Shown here piece after piece: positions 8,067-17,814 of a stretch of DNA of 64,000 nucleotides (its first letter is position 1; each line of letters starts with the position of its first letter). A program made the position numbers and the translations under genes. Source of the DNA: an uncultured Candidatus Binatia bacterium (lineage in GTDB: Bacteria; Desulfobacterota; Binatia; UBA9968; JAJDTQ01); assembly GCA_965213675.1 (NCBI GenBank), contig OZ243916.1:544001-608000 (forward strand), written 5' to 3'. The notes under the pieces were generated by a model, which was not told where the DNA came from, made no database searches, and was given only the letters and a program-made list of their open reading frames with translations.

Positions 8067-9812
8067 TCAACCACAATCCTCGATTGCCGCTGCCTCCCGG
8101 CCGGCGATGTATCCCTGCACGGTGCAGCGGCCCATGCCGTGCTGGTTGAAGCCGCCGGCGGACTCGCCGCCGCAATAAAGGCCGGGGATGATGGCGCCGT
8201 TCATGTCCAGCACCTGGCACTTCTCATTGATGCGCAGGCCGGCGCGGCTGTCGTGGATCAAGGGCGTGCCCCAGGCGGCGTGGAAAGGCGGCTTCTCGAT
8301 CTTGTACTTGGGGGAGGGCTTGCCGAAGTCCTTGTCCGTGCCGGAGTCCACAAAACTGTTGTAGCGGCGCACCGTGGCTTCCAGTACGGCGCCGCTCACG
8401 GGCGCGGGCTGCCATGGGTTCCGGATGGCGGAGGCCAGGTCCGGCAGGGTGTCGGCGCTGAAGAAGTAGCCGGCGGGGTCCACATGCGGCGGGGTGACCG
8501 TCCAGCCTTCGCGTTCCACCGCGGCGGAGTCGAAGATGGCCCACACCGGCCCGCCCGAGTAGTCGGGAGGCATGGAACCCGGGTTCATGGCCACCGCGGC
8601 GTTGAAGAAGTTGGAGTGGTGGGGATCGTACTGGATGTGGGTGTTGCGGTGGTCTCCCGGGGTGTACGGGTCGATGTCCTTGTGCTTGTTTCCCTCAGGG
8701 TAGTCGCCTTGGGTTTCGTCGTAGAAACGCTCGCCCACCTGGTTCACCAGGATCAGGTCGTGCCAGTTCTTGACGGACAGGCCCATGGCGCGCACCAGCG
8801 GGAAAATGGGGCTTTCCAACTCCCACGTCATGTAGTTCCAGCGCGTGCCCAGGGCGCGCTGCACCCGGATGTTGTCGCCGTTCTCCAGGACTTGGTTGGC
8901 CAGGCCCCACAAGGACGCGCCCACGGCCATGGCGGCGAGTTCGCCGCTGCCGTCCTGGTACGTGTAGGGCTCGCCGGCCACTTGGTAGACTTCGGTGAGC
9001 CGGGGGTCGAACATGCGCCGGAAGTTGACGTTGCTGGTGCTGCCACCGGTGGCAACGATCACCGCCTTGCGGGCGCGGATGGTCAGCGCGGCCTCGGTGC
9101 GGTCGATGTTGCCGTGGTTGCGGAAGCTGCGCAGCGGGGTAGTGCTGCCGGGCATGACGGTGGGGGTGTATTCGGCGGTGATGCCGACGACCCGTTCGGA
9201 AGGCTGGCCGGGGGCGCCTTCCCGGATGATGGCGGACATTTTGTAGTTCAGCAGGAACTTGACGCCCTTTTCCCGGGCGCTGGCTTCCAGCGGCCGCACC
9301 ATGCCGGTGCCGGGCCGGGCGTTGGGGCTTTCCAGGCCGGCGCCGTGCTCCCAATAGGTGTGGTTCTCCCGGTGCGCGGAGTTGCCGGTGGAGTGGGCGC
9401 CCCGGCTGTCGGGCGGAATCTCCCGAAACTTCACGCCGTTGGCCACCAGAAACTCATAGGTTTGCGCGCAATGATCGGCGAAGGCGCGGATCACCGCCCG
9501 GTCGCTGTAGCGGTAGTCCGGGGAGCCGTTGACCTGCACCACCGACCAGTCCGTGAGGTCGGCGAAGACCGTGTCCGGTGAGTCTTCGATGCCGTACTTG
9601 CGCTGCGCGCTGGTGCCGCCACCCAGCGGCACGTTGCCGCCGCTCAGGATGGCGTGGCCACCCACGTCGTAGTTGGTTTCCACCACCAGCACGGACGCAC
9701 CCGCGTCCGCCGCGGCTATGGCCGCGGGCAACCCGGTGGCCCCCGATCCGACAATGACGACGTCCGCCGAAAGGTCGGGCTCCGTCCGTAGTCCGGTTGA
9801 TTCCTGTGCCAT
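8067..9812 (-). CDS. FAD-dependent oxidoreductase (FAD_binding_2; flavocytochrome c flavin-subunit-like)
   Basis: DVVIVGSGATG, ILSGG, VIVATGG, ILVNQ.G.RF.DE, IPGLYCGGE; start after GGAGA RBS. Confidence 0.85.
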   Translation of the reverse strand: MAQESTGLRTEPDLSADVVIVGSGATGLPAAIAAADAGASVLVVETNYDVGGHAILSGGNVPLGGGTSAQRKYGIEDSPDTVFADLTDWSVVQVNGSPDYRYSDRAVIRAFADHCAQTYEFLVANGVKFREIPPDSRGAHSTGNSAHRENHTYWEHGAGLESPNARPGTGMVRPLEASAREKGVKFLLNYKMSAIIREGAPGQPSERVVGITAEYTPTVMPGSTTPLRSFRNHGNIDRTEAALTIRARKAVIVATGGSTSNVNFRRMFDPRLTEVYQVAGEPYTYQDGSGELAAMAVGASLWGLANQVLENGDNIRVQRALGTRWNYMTWELESPIFPLVRAMGLSVKNWHDLILVNQVGERFYDETQGDYPEGNKHKDIDPYTPGDHRNTHIQYDPHHSNFFNAAVAMNPGSMPPDYSGGPVWAIFDSAAVEREGWTVTPPHVDPAGYFFSADTLPDLASAIRNPWQPAPVSGAVLEATVRRYNSFVDSGTDKDFGKPSPKYKIEKPPFHAAWGTPLIHDSRAGLRINEKCQVLDMNGAIIPGLYCGGESAGGFNQHGMGRCTVQGYIAGREAAAIEDCG

Positions 9813-10032
9813 GGCTGCGTCTCCCTCCGTGAACTGCGTTCGGCGTGGCCGACCGCTGTGGCCCCGCGAAGTCCGGCAGTACTCGCGAGTCACCACGATG
9901 TCCTTGTCTCTTTATATTATGTTTCAGGGCAAGTCTGACAGACTTCCGCCAAGCACGATGGCGTCCATCGACGGCGCCACCCTTGGACCGGCGCCGTTCG
10001 ACCTCGCTGCGCCACGATTCGGGCGTGACGAC

Positions 10033-10767
10033 TCATGATTCCGGCGCCCACTGAAGTTCCCGTTCCATGAAGTCCACCACCATGGGCCATGCCAGTTCCG
10101 CGGTGTGGGCGTGATAGCCCACCGCGCCCGGGTCCACGAACCCATGCCCGCCGAAAGGAAAGAAATGCCATTCCAGCGGCTGCCCGTTCCCTCGGAACGC
10201 GTACATCATCCTGTCCTGGACCGGAATCGTCGTGACCACGTCATCGGCTCCGTAGATGTTGATGGAAGGACAACGCATGGCCCTGGCCTTCTCCCACGGC
10301 GGGATCGGCCGCATGTCCGTGGGCGGCTCATCCCGCACCGTGGGGTAGTAGCCCACGAACGCCCGCACTTCGGGGGTCGCCGCGACGAAGTTGATGGCGA
10401 TGCGCCCGCCCATGCAGTAGCCGGACACGGCTACCCGCGTGTTGTCCACGTGGGGCTGGGACAGCAGGAAGCGCCAGCTCTCGGTGAGCGCGGCGTCAAA
10501 CTGGTCGTCTGACGTCTTCGCCTGGATCTCGGCGCCGCTGACGATGTGAGTGGGCTCCGGATATCCCAGTTGCTCGAAGACATTCGGCGCAAACGTGCTG
10601 TAGCCCAGGGCGGCGAACTTCCGCGCCTCGATCTTGATGTAGTCCGTCAATCCACCCTTCGGGTGGATCAGCAGCAACGCCGGCCCCGGCTCCGTCCGTT
10701 GCGGATGCGCCAGGAACCCGGCGACGCCGTGTTCCTTCTTGTTGAATGAGCGCTCAATGAGCTGCAT
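10033..10767 (-). CDS. Dienelactone hydrolase family protein
   Basis: GYCMGG nucleophile elbow, YGADD, GHGF; GGAGGA RBS. Confidence 0.9.
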   Translation of the reverse strand: MQLIERSFNKKEHGVAGFLAHPQRTEPGPALLLIHPKGGLTDYIKIEARKFAALGYSTFAPNVFEQLGYPEPTHIVSGAEIQAKTSDDQFDAALTESWRFLLSQPHVDNTRVAVSGYCMGGRIAINFVAATPEVRAFVGYYPTVRDEPPTDMRPIPPWEKARAMRCPSINIYGADDVVTTIPVQDRMMYAFRGNGQPLEWHFFPFGGHGFVDPGAVGYHAHTAELAWPMVVDFMERELQWAPES

Positions 10768-10833
10768 GGGTCCTCCCGGTTTGGACATGGTCTGTGGACT
10801 CCGGATCGTCGGAGGTGCGCGTATCCGCAAAAT

Positions 10834-11076
10834 TCACTGCGGACTTCCTTCGAAAGCGTCGAGCAGGTCGTCGGGCAGTGGCTCGAAGAACGTGGACGGG
10901 ACGGTCATCCCTTGATCGATTCCCACCGCTTTCGGTTCCATCCGCGGTTTCGTGACGGCCCGCAATTCGGCCACCGGCACGTTGCGGCGGAAGAGAAGGA
11001 TGGTTTCGCCGACTCCTACGCTCGCGAGATTCCGGGAAGGATTGTTGTTGGCTTCGGAAGACTCGATCCGAATCAT
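10834..11076 (-). CDS. Orphan, degenerate Phd/YefM-type antitoxin
   Basis: MIRI...EA....SR.LA.V..GETILL.RRNVPVAELR...VPSTFFEPLPDDLLDAFEG; no adjacent toxin. Confidence 0.65.
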   Translation of the reverse strand: MIRIESSEANNNPSRNLASVGVGETILLFRRNVPVAELRAVTKPRMEPKAVGIDQGMTVPSTFFEPLPDDLLDAFEGSPQ

Positions 11077-11196
11077 GGCGTGATTATGGATTGTTTCCTT
11101 GACCAATTTCAACTTCGGGAGACGGATGACCCGTCGGGTGCGCATGGCGGTGGCGCCGTCTTGACTTGAAGAGGGAAATCGGCAAAGGGTACGGCC

Positions 11197-12327
11197 ATGC
11201 GAATCATCGACGCAGACGGACACGTGAACGAGTGCCCCGCGACCTTCGACGACAAGTACATGGACCCGGCGTTCCGGGACCAGCGGCCGGCAATCGTCGG
11301 TTCGGGAGGGATGTACTACTGGATGATCGGCGAGCAGGTGGTGCCGCGGCGGTCGGGGCTGGGCTGCAACAACTTCAGCACCCCGGCCCGGGTCGATGGC
11401 AAGTCCACGCGTCATGGGGCACTGATCGAGGGGAAGAACCTGGATAGCTTGGACAGCCAGGAGTTGACGGATCTCAATGCTCGTCTCGAGGCGCTGGACG
11501 CAGAGGACATCGATGTCCAGGTGATCTTTCCGACACTCTTCCTGGCCTATCCCTTGACCACGGATCCGGCGCTCATGACAGCGCTGTGTTCTTCCTACAA
11601 CCGCTGGATGGGCGACACGCTGTCGGGTTGCGAGCGCCTGAAGTGGGCCGGGGTCGTCAATTTGGAAGACGTGTCCGGGGCGGTGCATGGCGTGTACGAG
11701 GCCAAGAGCCTCGGCGCCTCGGCCATCATGGTGCTGGGGACCGCCGGTGACCGCATGCTGGACAACCCCATGTTCCTGCCCTTCTACGAGGCCATGGCGG
11801 AGACGGACCTGACCCTGGGCGTGCACGTGGGATGGTCGTGCCCGTCGCTCAACAACCTCTACAGCGAACTGTACCCCTCCTGGATCACGGCGTTCACCAT
11901 GCCGTTGCTGATGGGGTTCGTCGCCTTCATGACCGGCGGCGTCCTGGACCGGTTTCCGAACCTGCGGGTGGTCTTCCTGGAGGCGGGCTGCCTTTGGATC
12001 CCGTTCGTCCTCGACCGCCTCAAACACCGGTACCCGCATGCCCACCGGCTGGCGAACCTCTACCCGCAGATCCACGTCAACGCCGCCGCCGAGCCCAATG
12101 AGTACCTGAAGCGCGGCAACCTGTACTGGAGCGCGGAAGTGGAGGACGACATGCTGCCCCAGGTCATGGACCTGGTGGGGGAGGGCCAGATCGTTTTCGG
12201 CTCCGACATGCCCCACTCCGACCGGGAGCGCTACGCCGCCAGGACGCTGCGCGAGCGGGACGACGTGAGCGAATCGGGCAAAAGGGCGATCCTGGAGAGC
12301 AACCCGGCGCGGTTATACGGGTTCTAA
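11197..12327 (+). CDS. Amidohydrolase family protein
   Basis: IIDADGHV, IDVQVIFPT, YNRWM, GVHVG, FLEAG..W, FGSDMPH. Confidence 0.9.
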   Translation: MRIIDADGHVNECPATFDDKYMDPAFRDQRPAIVGSGGMYYWMIGEQVVPRRSGLGCNNFSTPARVDGKSTRHGALIEGKNLDSLDSQELTDLNARLEALDAEDIDVQVIFPTLFLAYPLTTDPALMTALCSSYNRWMGDTLSGCERLKWAGVVNLEDVSGAVHGVYEAKSLGASAIMVLGTAGDRMLDNPMFLPFYEAMAETDLTLGVHVGWSCPSLNNLYSELYPSWITAFTMPLLMGFVAFMTGGVLDRFPNLRVVFLEAGCLWIPFVLDRLKHRYPHAHRLANLYPQIHVNAAAEPNEYLKRGNLYWSAEVEDDMLPQVMDLVGEGQIVFGSDMPHSDRERYAARTLRERDDVSESGKRAILESNPARLYGF

Positions 12328-12403
12328 TGTCGTGTAACGTCAGAATCGCGAACCCCGCATCCGCCGCGAGCGCGGAATGCCTGAACCGCAAGGAGAACTT
12401 GAA

Positions 12404-12826
12404 ATGTCGCTCAATACCTATCTCTTCTTTGACGGCAATTGCCGGGAGGCCTTCGAGTTTTACCGCTCGGTGTTCGGCGGCGAGTACGAGATGCTACAGA
12501 CCTTCGGCGACGGGCCGCCGGATCTGAACGTGACGGAGGAGGAGAAGGAGCGCATCATGCACGTCGCCCTCGCCGTTGGATCGGGCGTGCTGATGGGAAG
12601 CGACAGCGCCTCCGCCTTCGGTCCGCCTCCGGTTCAGGGGACCAACTTCGCGATATCCATCGACGGCGAGAGCAGGAAGTACTGCGACGAGGTTTTCGCG
12701 AGACTGTCGGAGGGAGGCACGGTCACCATGCCCATGCAGGACACCTTCTGGGGCGCCTACTTCGGCAGTTGGATCGACCGGTTCGGCGTCACTTGGATGA
12801 TCAGCTACGAGTTGCCGGGCGAATAA
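12404..12826 (+). CDS. VOC family PhnB-like protein
   Basis: YLFFDGNCREAFEFY..VFGG, IMH, LMGSD, MPMQDTFWGAYFG..IDRFGV.W; AAGGAG RBS. Confidence 0.9.
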   Translation: MSLNTYLFFDGNCREAFEFYRSVFGGEYEMLQTFGDGPPDLNVTEEEKERIMHVALAVGSGVLMGSDSASAFGPPPVQGTNFAISIDGESRKYCDEVFARLSEGGTVTMPMQDTFWGAYFGSWIDRFGVTWMISYELPGE

Positions 12827-12864
12827 ACCGGGAACCCTCCACTTCACTTGCACCCGGAGTAGAC

Positions 12865-13269
12865 ATGGCAGAGAAGACGCTAAAGGGCAGTTGTCTGTGC
12901 AAGGCCGTCCGATTTGAAATCAGCCCGCCGTTCATCCGCTTCGCCCACTGCTACTGCATGCGGTGCCGCAAGGCCACGGGCGGGGTGAAGTCCAGCAACA
13001 TCTCGGTGCCGCTGGAGCAGTTCAAGTGGATCTCAGGCGAGGATGTGATTTCCCGGTGGGACATGCCCGAGGCGCGCGCGTTCGCCATCGCCGTCTGCAG
13101 CAAGTGCAACTGCCCGGTAGCGCGTCCCACCCGGGACCGCTCGCGCATGACCGTTCCCGCCGGCAGCCTCGACGACGAGCCCGGCGAGGGACCGTCGGCT
13201 CACCGCTACTGGGACAACCGCGCCGGCTGGGCGGCCACCGACGAGTCCCACCTGCCCTACGAGGACTGA
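12865..13269 (+). CDS. GFA (CENP-V/Mss4-like) Zn-binding protein
   Basis: GSCLCKAVRF, HCYCMRCRK, CSKCNC motifs. Confidence 0.85.
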   Translation: MAEKTLKGSCLCKAVRFEISPPFIRFAHCYCMRCRKATGGVKSSNISVPLEQFKWISGEDVISRWDMPEARAFAIAVCSKCNCPVARPTRDRSRMTVPAGSLDDEPGEGPSAHRYWDNRAGWAATDESHLPYED

Positions 13270-13275
13270 TCGGAC

Positions 13276-14031
13276 ATGGCCCAACAGGATCGTGAATTCG
13301 TGGTGGGCTCCGTATGGCCCACCAACCGCACCGGGACCTTGGGCGACAACGAGCTCGACCGCCGGCTACCGCCGGCCATCAGGCTTGTCCACGTCACCAT
13401 GGACTTTCAGGAGGGGACCGAGGAAGAGTTCGCCCGCTCCATCCCCGGCTACGAGGCCAAGGCCGCGGGGCTCATGGGGGAGAAGCCCAACCTCATCCGC
13501 GTGCTCGGCGCGCCGCCCTTCATGATTCTGGGGTTCGACGGCGAGAGCCGGGTCATACGGGGCTGGGAAGAGAAATACGGCGTGCCCATGTTTACGTCGG
13601 GCCAGAACCACGTGCGCGCGCTCCGCGCCCTCGGGATCAAGCGCCTGCTCGGCGGTACCTACCTGCCCGACAACCTCAACGACATCTTCGCCAGCTACCT
13701 GCGGGAAGCCGGCTTTGACGTCATCGCCATGGAGGGCATGGACGCGCCGTTCCATGAGGTGCCGAATATCCCGGCCACGGAAATCGCCGAGCACTTGAAG
13801 CAGTCGTTCCGGCGCCATCCGGGCGCCGAGGCCCTGTACCTGCTGGGGTCGGCCTGGAAGGTCCTGGACGTCCTCGAAGACATCGAGGACAGCGTAGGCG
13901 TACCGGTGATATACCCCCTCACTGCCCGGAGCTGGGAAACCCGGCTACGCCTGGGCTTCCGCCAGCCCATCCCCGGCTACGGCCGGCTCCTGTCCGAGAT
14001 GCCGGACCTGGGTCCCGTGGTCGGTAGTTAG
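13276..14031 (+). CDS. Arylmalonate decarboxylase / maleate isomerase-like protein lacking Cys (paralog of 1145-1870)
   Basis: Shared GAPPFM, IRGWE.KY.VPM.T.GQ, AGFDV.AMEG, LYLLGS.W, GYGRLL. Confidence 0.8.
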   Translation: MAQQDREFVVGSVWPTNRTGTLGDNELDRRLPPAIRLVHVTMDFQEGTEEEFARSIPGYEAKAAGLMGEKPNLIRVLGAPPFMILGFDGESRVIRGWEEKYGVPMFTSGQNHVRALRALGIKRLLGGTYLPDNLNDIFASYLREAGFDVIAMEGMDAPFHEVPNIPATEIAEHLKQSFRRHPGAEALYLLGSAWKVLDVLEDIEDSVGVPVIYPLTARSWETRLRLGFRQPIPGYGRLLSEMPDLGPVVGS

Positions 14032-14049
14032 TTTGACGTCGCGGTTGAT

Positions 14050-14472
14050 CTACCTGCCGAGATTTCGCTCCTGAATCTCGTTTCGGGCAGCGCTGGAAAG
14101 AAACGCGGAGCGGGTCATGCCGCGCCGCTTGGCCTCGTCATCTATGGCCTGCAAAAGGCCGTAATCCAGGGAGACATTGACGCGCCGTGGCGACCCTTTG
14201 TCGATGACCGCGGGGATGAAACAGATGGTCGCTCCTTCCCGCCATTCTGCGAGGTTCGGATCGGCTTCGATATCCTCAAGCGAACGCGGCTTCGGGATTG
14301 CCTCCCCGTCTTGGATCATGCCCTCGATATGAAAGGCGAGCGCAGTAGCGCCACGCCGAATGGTCTCATCAATGGTGTCGCCGTCGGACACGCATCCCGG
14401 AAAGTCGGGAAAGCTAATACCGAAACCCGGTTCATCATCTCGGTGGACGAAGGCGATGTAGAGCATGGCCAT
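14050..14472 (-). CDS. hicB: HicB family antitoxin (RHH C-terminus)
   Basis: FGISFPDFPGCVSDGDT, IPKP.SLE, RVNVSLD..LL.AID.EA..RGMTRSAFL. Confidence 0.9.
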   Translation of the reverse strand: MAMLYIAFVHRDDEPGFGISFPDFPGCVSDGDTIDETIRRGATALAFHIEGMIQDGEAIPKPRSLEDIEADPNLAEWREGATICFIPAVIDKGSPRRVNVSLDYGLLQAIDDEAKRRGMTRSAFLSSAARNEIQERNLGR

Positions 14473-14480
14473 TCCCTTTG

Positions 14481-14669
14481 TTACCTCCAGCCCGCTTGCC
14501 TGTAGATCGAAATGATCGTGCCAGGTTTGATGTCCCGCCTCGGGTGCGGCACGGTCACACGCCCCGTCTTGAGAGGATGTTTGAACTGCCAGTGGTCGCC
14601 TTTGACAGCGACGCGCGCGTCGCGTTGCCGCCAGCGGGGAGCGACGACGCGATACGGTGTCTGGTGCAT
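14481..14669 (-). CDS. hicA: HicA family toxin with atypical N-terminus (possibly decayed)
   Basis: VKGDHWQFKHPLKTGRVTVPHPRRDIKPGT..SIYRQAG; the usual N-terminal helix is not recognisable. Confidence 0.65.
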   Translation of the reverse strand: MHQTPYRVVAPRWRQRDARVAVKGDHWQFKHPLKTGRVTVPHPRRDIKPGTIISIYRQAGWR

Positions 14670-14689
14670 TACCGTTGAGAGGTAATCCT

Positions 14690-16012
14690 TTACGACGCGA
14701 ACCGCGACATCGTCACCGGCGTGTACTCGTCCGGCGCCTGGGTGACCACCAGCTCGGGCTCGATGCCGTAGAGGCGGCGGGCGTTGCCGCCCAGCATCTT
14801 CTCCTGGACGTGCTTCGGGACGTTGTGCTTGGTCATGGCGTCCATGGCTTCCCATACGTCGGCGGCGTCGAGGTGGGGCATGTCCGAGGACCACAGGCCG
14901 ATGTCTTCGTAGAGGTCCCAGAGCCGGAAGGTGATCTCCTCGTCGCCCTCGAAGGCGATGAAGCAGCTCTTGTAGAAAACCTCCTTGGGATCGCCGATGT
15001 TCTCGTTGGTGTGGCGGTAGAGCTCCAGGTAGCCTTCGGCCTTCTCCAGCACCAGCGGTAGCCAGCTCGAGTTGGACTCCAGGATCGCCACCTTGAGGCG
15101 CGGGAACTTCTCGAGCCAGCCGGTCATCAGCACCACGCCGGTCCAGGTCATGGCCTCGGCGATGAAGCCGTAGGCGGCGTCGCCGGCCTGCTTGGACCCC
15201 ATGGCCTGCATGATGTTGGCGACGAACTGGCCGGGCGAGTAGACCAGGATGTCCTCGTCGCCGAACAGGCGCTTGCGGTCGGTGCCCATGCGCTCCGCCA
15301 GCCCCGGCGACATGGCCTCGCCCCGGGAGGGGAAGGTGTGCATGCCCAGCACCATGCCCAGTTCCTCGAACTCCTTCCACAAGGGGTCGAACTCCGGAAA
15401 GGTGGGGTAGCGGTTGAGGGCGATGATGGGCCGCACCAGCGCCGACTTGAAGCCGCGCTTCGCCACCCGCCGCAACTCGTCGATGGCGCGGTCCACGTCC
15501 TGCAGGGGCAGCACCGCCGCCGGGTACATACGTTTCCGGTCGGCGCCGCAGTAGTCGTAGACCCAGTCGTTGTAGGCCCGGGCGCACAGGTGCGCGGCCT
15601 CGGCGTTCTCCACCAGCGGCAGGTAGACGAAGGTCGAGGGAAAGATCATCACCTGGTCGATGCCGGAGGCGTCCATGTCCTTGAGGCGCACGTGGGGGTC
15701 CCGGGCGCTGGCGTTGCGGCCTACCGTCTCGTCCCATTCTTTGGTGCCGGGCTGAACGCTGCCGATTTCCTCCTTGGTCAGCCCGGGATGCCAGGTTTCC
15801 GCCGGATACTTCCACTCGTTGGGGCTGCGAAAGCTGATGCGCGAGTTGCGCACCAGCACGAGGCGGTCCGCGTCGCGGTAGAAGTGCGTCTTGGCCAGCG
15901 AACGGTGGCGCTCCGGAATGTACTTGTCCCACACCTCCGGGGGCTCGTAGATGTGGCTGTCGCAGTCGAAAACGGGAAAGTCCTTGGTACGACCTTTGGC
16001 GCTGTAAGCCAT
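14690..16012 (-). CDS. Amidohydrolase family protein
   Basis: VFDCDSHI, MDASGIDQVMIFPS, AYNDW, GMH, LESNSSW, WSSDMPH; AGGAGG RBS. Confidence 0.9.
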   Translation of the reverse strand: MAYSAKGRTKDFPVFDCDSHIYEPPEVWDKYIPERHRSLAKTHFYRDADRLVLVRNSRISFRSPNEWKYPAETWHPGLTKEEIGSVQPGTKEWDETVGRNASARDPHVRLKDMDASGIDQVMIFPSTFVYLPLVENAEAAHLCARAYNDWVYDYCGADRKRMYPAAVLPLQDVDRAIDELRRVAKRGFKSALVRPIIALNRYPTFPEFDPLWKEFEELGMVLGMHTFPSRGEAMSPGLAERMGTDRKRLFGDEDILVYSPGQFVANIMQAMGSKQAGDAAYGFIAEAMTWTGVVLMTGWLEKFPRLKVAILESNSSWLPLVLEKAEGYLELYRHTNENIGDPKEVFYKSCFIAFEGDEEITFRLWDLYEDIGLWSSDMPHLDAADVWEAMDAMTKHNVPKHVQEKMLGGNARRLYGIEPELVVTQAPDEYTPVTMSRFAS

Positions 16013-16037
16013 GATACCTCCTGCGGGTGGGTTGGAG

Positions 16038-16886
16038 TTACTTCCGGTCGGGCCATGCCGCCTGCGAAGACAGGTCCTGCCAGGCCGCCGGACGGCAGAC
16101 TGCCTTGGCGGCTTCGTCGGGCTCCAGGGCGGTATCCCAGTCGTTGCCCACGAAGCGGCAGCCGGTGATGTCACGGGAAGCGTCCGACACGAGCCAGCGG
16201 ACGGGCGCGGCCATGACCCCGGGCTGGACCAGCTTGCCGCGGTCGAAGGGGGCGCTTTCGGGGATGAAGCTCGTGTTGGTGGGTCCGCCGGGCACCAGCA
16301 CGTTGACGGTGACGCCGGTGCCTTCCAGGTCCTTGGCCCAGCTCGCGGTGGCGGCCTCCAGCGCGGCCTTGGACATGCCGTAGGGGGTGTAGGCGCCGCG
16401 GAACATGGTGTCGAGGCTCGTGGTGACGTTGACGATGCGGCCGGAACCTTGCTCTACCAAGTGAGGAGTGACCGCCCGGGCCATCAGGAAGGCGCCTTTC
16501 CAGTTGACGTCCATCACCGCTTGCCAGCGGTCAGGCTCCACTTCCCAGAAACGCACCGGCTCGCTCATGTAGTTGGCGCGCACGGTCTGCATGCCGATGC
16601 CGGCGGCGTTGACCAGCGCGTCCACGCGCCCGAAGCGGTGAAGCACCGCGGCCGCCACCCGCTCGCATTCCTCCGCCTGGGTGATGTCCGCGGCGAGGGT
16701 CATGAGGGCGCCTTCCTCCGCCACACCCGCGGCGCGCCGGGCCATGGCCTGGCAACGCTCCTCCTGGTTGTCCACCACCGCCACCCGGGCGCCGTCCTCC
16801 AACAGCGCCAGCGTCATGACCGTGCCCATGCCGCCGGCGCCGCCAGTGATAATCACGATCTTTCCGTTCAGGGGTTTTTCGGGCAC
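16038..16886 (-). CDS. SDR family oxidoreductase
   Basis: TGGAGGMG, VNAAG, YGMSK motifs; GTG start after GAAAGGA. Confidence 0.9.
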   Translation of the reverse strand: MPEKPLNGKIVIITGGAGGMGTVMTLALLEDGARVAVVDNQEERCQAMARRAAGVAEEGALMTLAADITQAEECERVAAAVLHRFGRVDALVNAAGIGMQTVRANYMSEPVRFWEVEPDRWQAVMDVNWKGAFLMARAVTPHLVEQGSGRIVNVTTSLDTMFRGAYTPYGMSKAALEAATASWAKDLEGTGVTVNVLVPGGPTNTSFIPESAPFDRGKLVQPGVMAAPVRWLVSDASRDITGCRFVGNDWDTALEPDEAAKAVCRPAAWQDLSSQAAWPDRK

Positions 16887-16992
16887 TGGGCGGTCCTTTC
16901 TCGAATCGGTTTCAAGTGTGTGCCGGACGATGACGCGCGCGGGTCCCGCAACCGTGGGTGGCCACGCGAAGGGTGCCGGAATCTCCCCGGCC

Positions 16993-17802
16993 TCATGCTC
17001 CCTGCTTGTTCGCCTTGTACTGCTGGTGGTTACGGTCGAGGGCGGCCAGGCACTCGGGGTCGAAGTCCTGCTTCGCCAGGGGTTCGGACTCCCAGTGGCC
17101 GTGGGTGTCGGCGCCGCGCAGCAGCGCCGCGCTGGCATGGTCGAACAGCGTCTGGTGCACGTGCGGGGCGATGAAGTGGATGGAGTAGCCCAGCCGGCGG
17201 TCGTCGGACTGATTGGGATTGGAGCCGTGGATCACGGTCTCGCTGTGAAACGAGATCTCGCCGGCCTCGAGCTCCACGTCCACCGCCTGGGACTCGTCCA
17301 CGCCCTCGATGGTCTGGCCCCTGGACAACAGGTTGTCCTCGGCGAAGGTCTCCACGTGCCGGAGCGCGCCCGCCGCGTGGGAGCGGGGGATCACCCGCAT
17401 GCAGCCGCTCGGAACCCTGCTGTCGGTGAACGCGAACCAGGCGGTGAGGGTCTCCCGCGGCTGCAGCCCGTAATAGGTGGTGTCCTGGTGCCAGGAGACG
17501 AACCGGGAATCGTGGGCGTTCTTGGTGAAGAAGCTGGAGCCCCAGCACAGGATGTCCGGACCGATGATGTCCTCCACCGCGTCCAGCATCACCGGATGAC
17601 GGATCAACTCGTTCAACCAGGGGAAGGGAAGGTGGGCCTTGATGCGGTAACGCTCCTGGAGTTCGCCGCCGATGGTTTGTTCCACCTCCTCCAGCCTGCA
17701 CCGCAGCGCGCCCGCGGAGTTCCTGTCCATGATGCGGACAGGAAATAGAAACCCGTCCCGATGGTAGGCGTCCACCTGCGCTTGTGTCAGTACCTTGGGC
17801 AT
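16993..17802 (-). CDS. Phytanoyl-CoA dioxygenase (PhyH) family Fe(II)/2OG oxygenase
   Basis: YHRDGF, WHQD, GCMRVIPRSH, HGSNPN.S..RR. Confidence 0.9.
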   Translation of the reverse strand: MPKVLTQAQVDAYHRDGFLFPVRIMDRNSAGALRCRLEEVEQTIGGELQERYRIKAHLPFPWLNELIRHPVMLDAVEDIIGPDILCWGSSFFTKNAHDSRFVSWHQDTTYYGLQPRETLTAWFAFTDSRVPSGCMRVIPRSHAAGALRHVETFAEDNLLSRGQTIEGVDESQAVDVELEAGEISFHSETVIHGSNPNQSDDRRLGYSIHFIAPHVHQTLFDHASAALLRGADTHGHWESEPLAKQDFDPECLAALDRNHQQYKANKQGA

Positions 17803-17814
17803 TGTGGTCTCCGT

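Noticed and set aside
6783-9581. 932-aa plus-strand ORF and similar very long ORFs (38292-40889, 48327-50102, 50139-52208, 60702-63767)
   Set aside because: Antisense shadows of motif-bearing genes, expected in high-GC DNA; no recognisable domains
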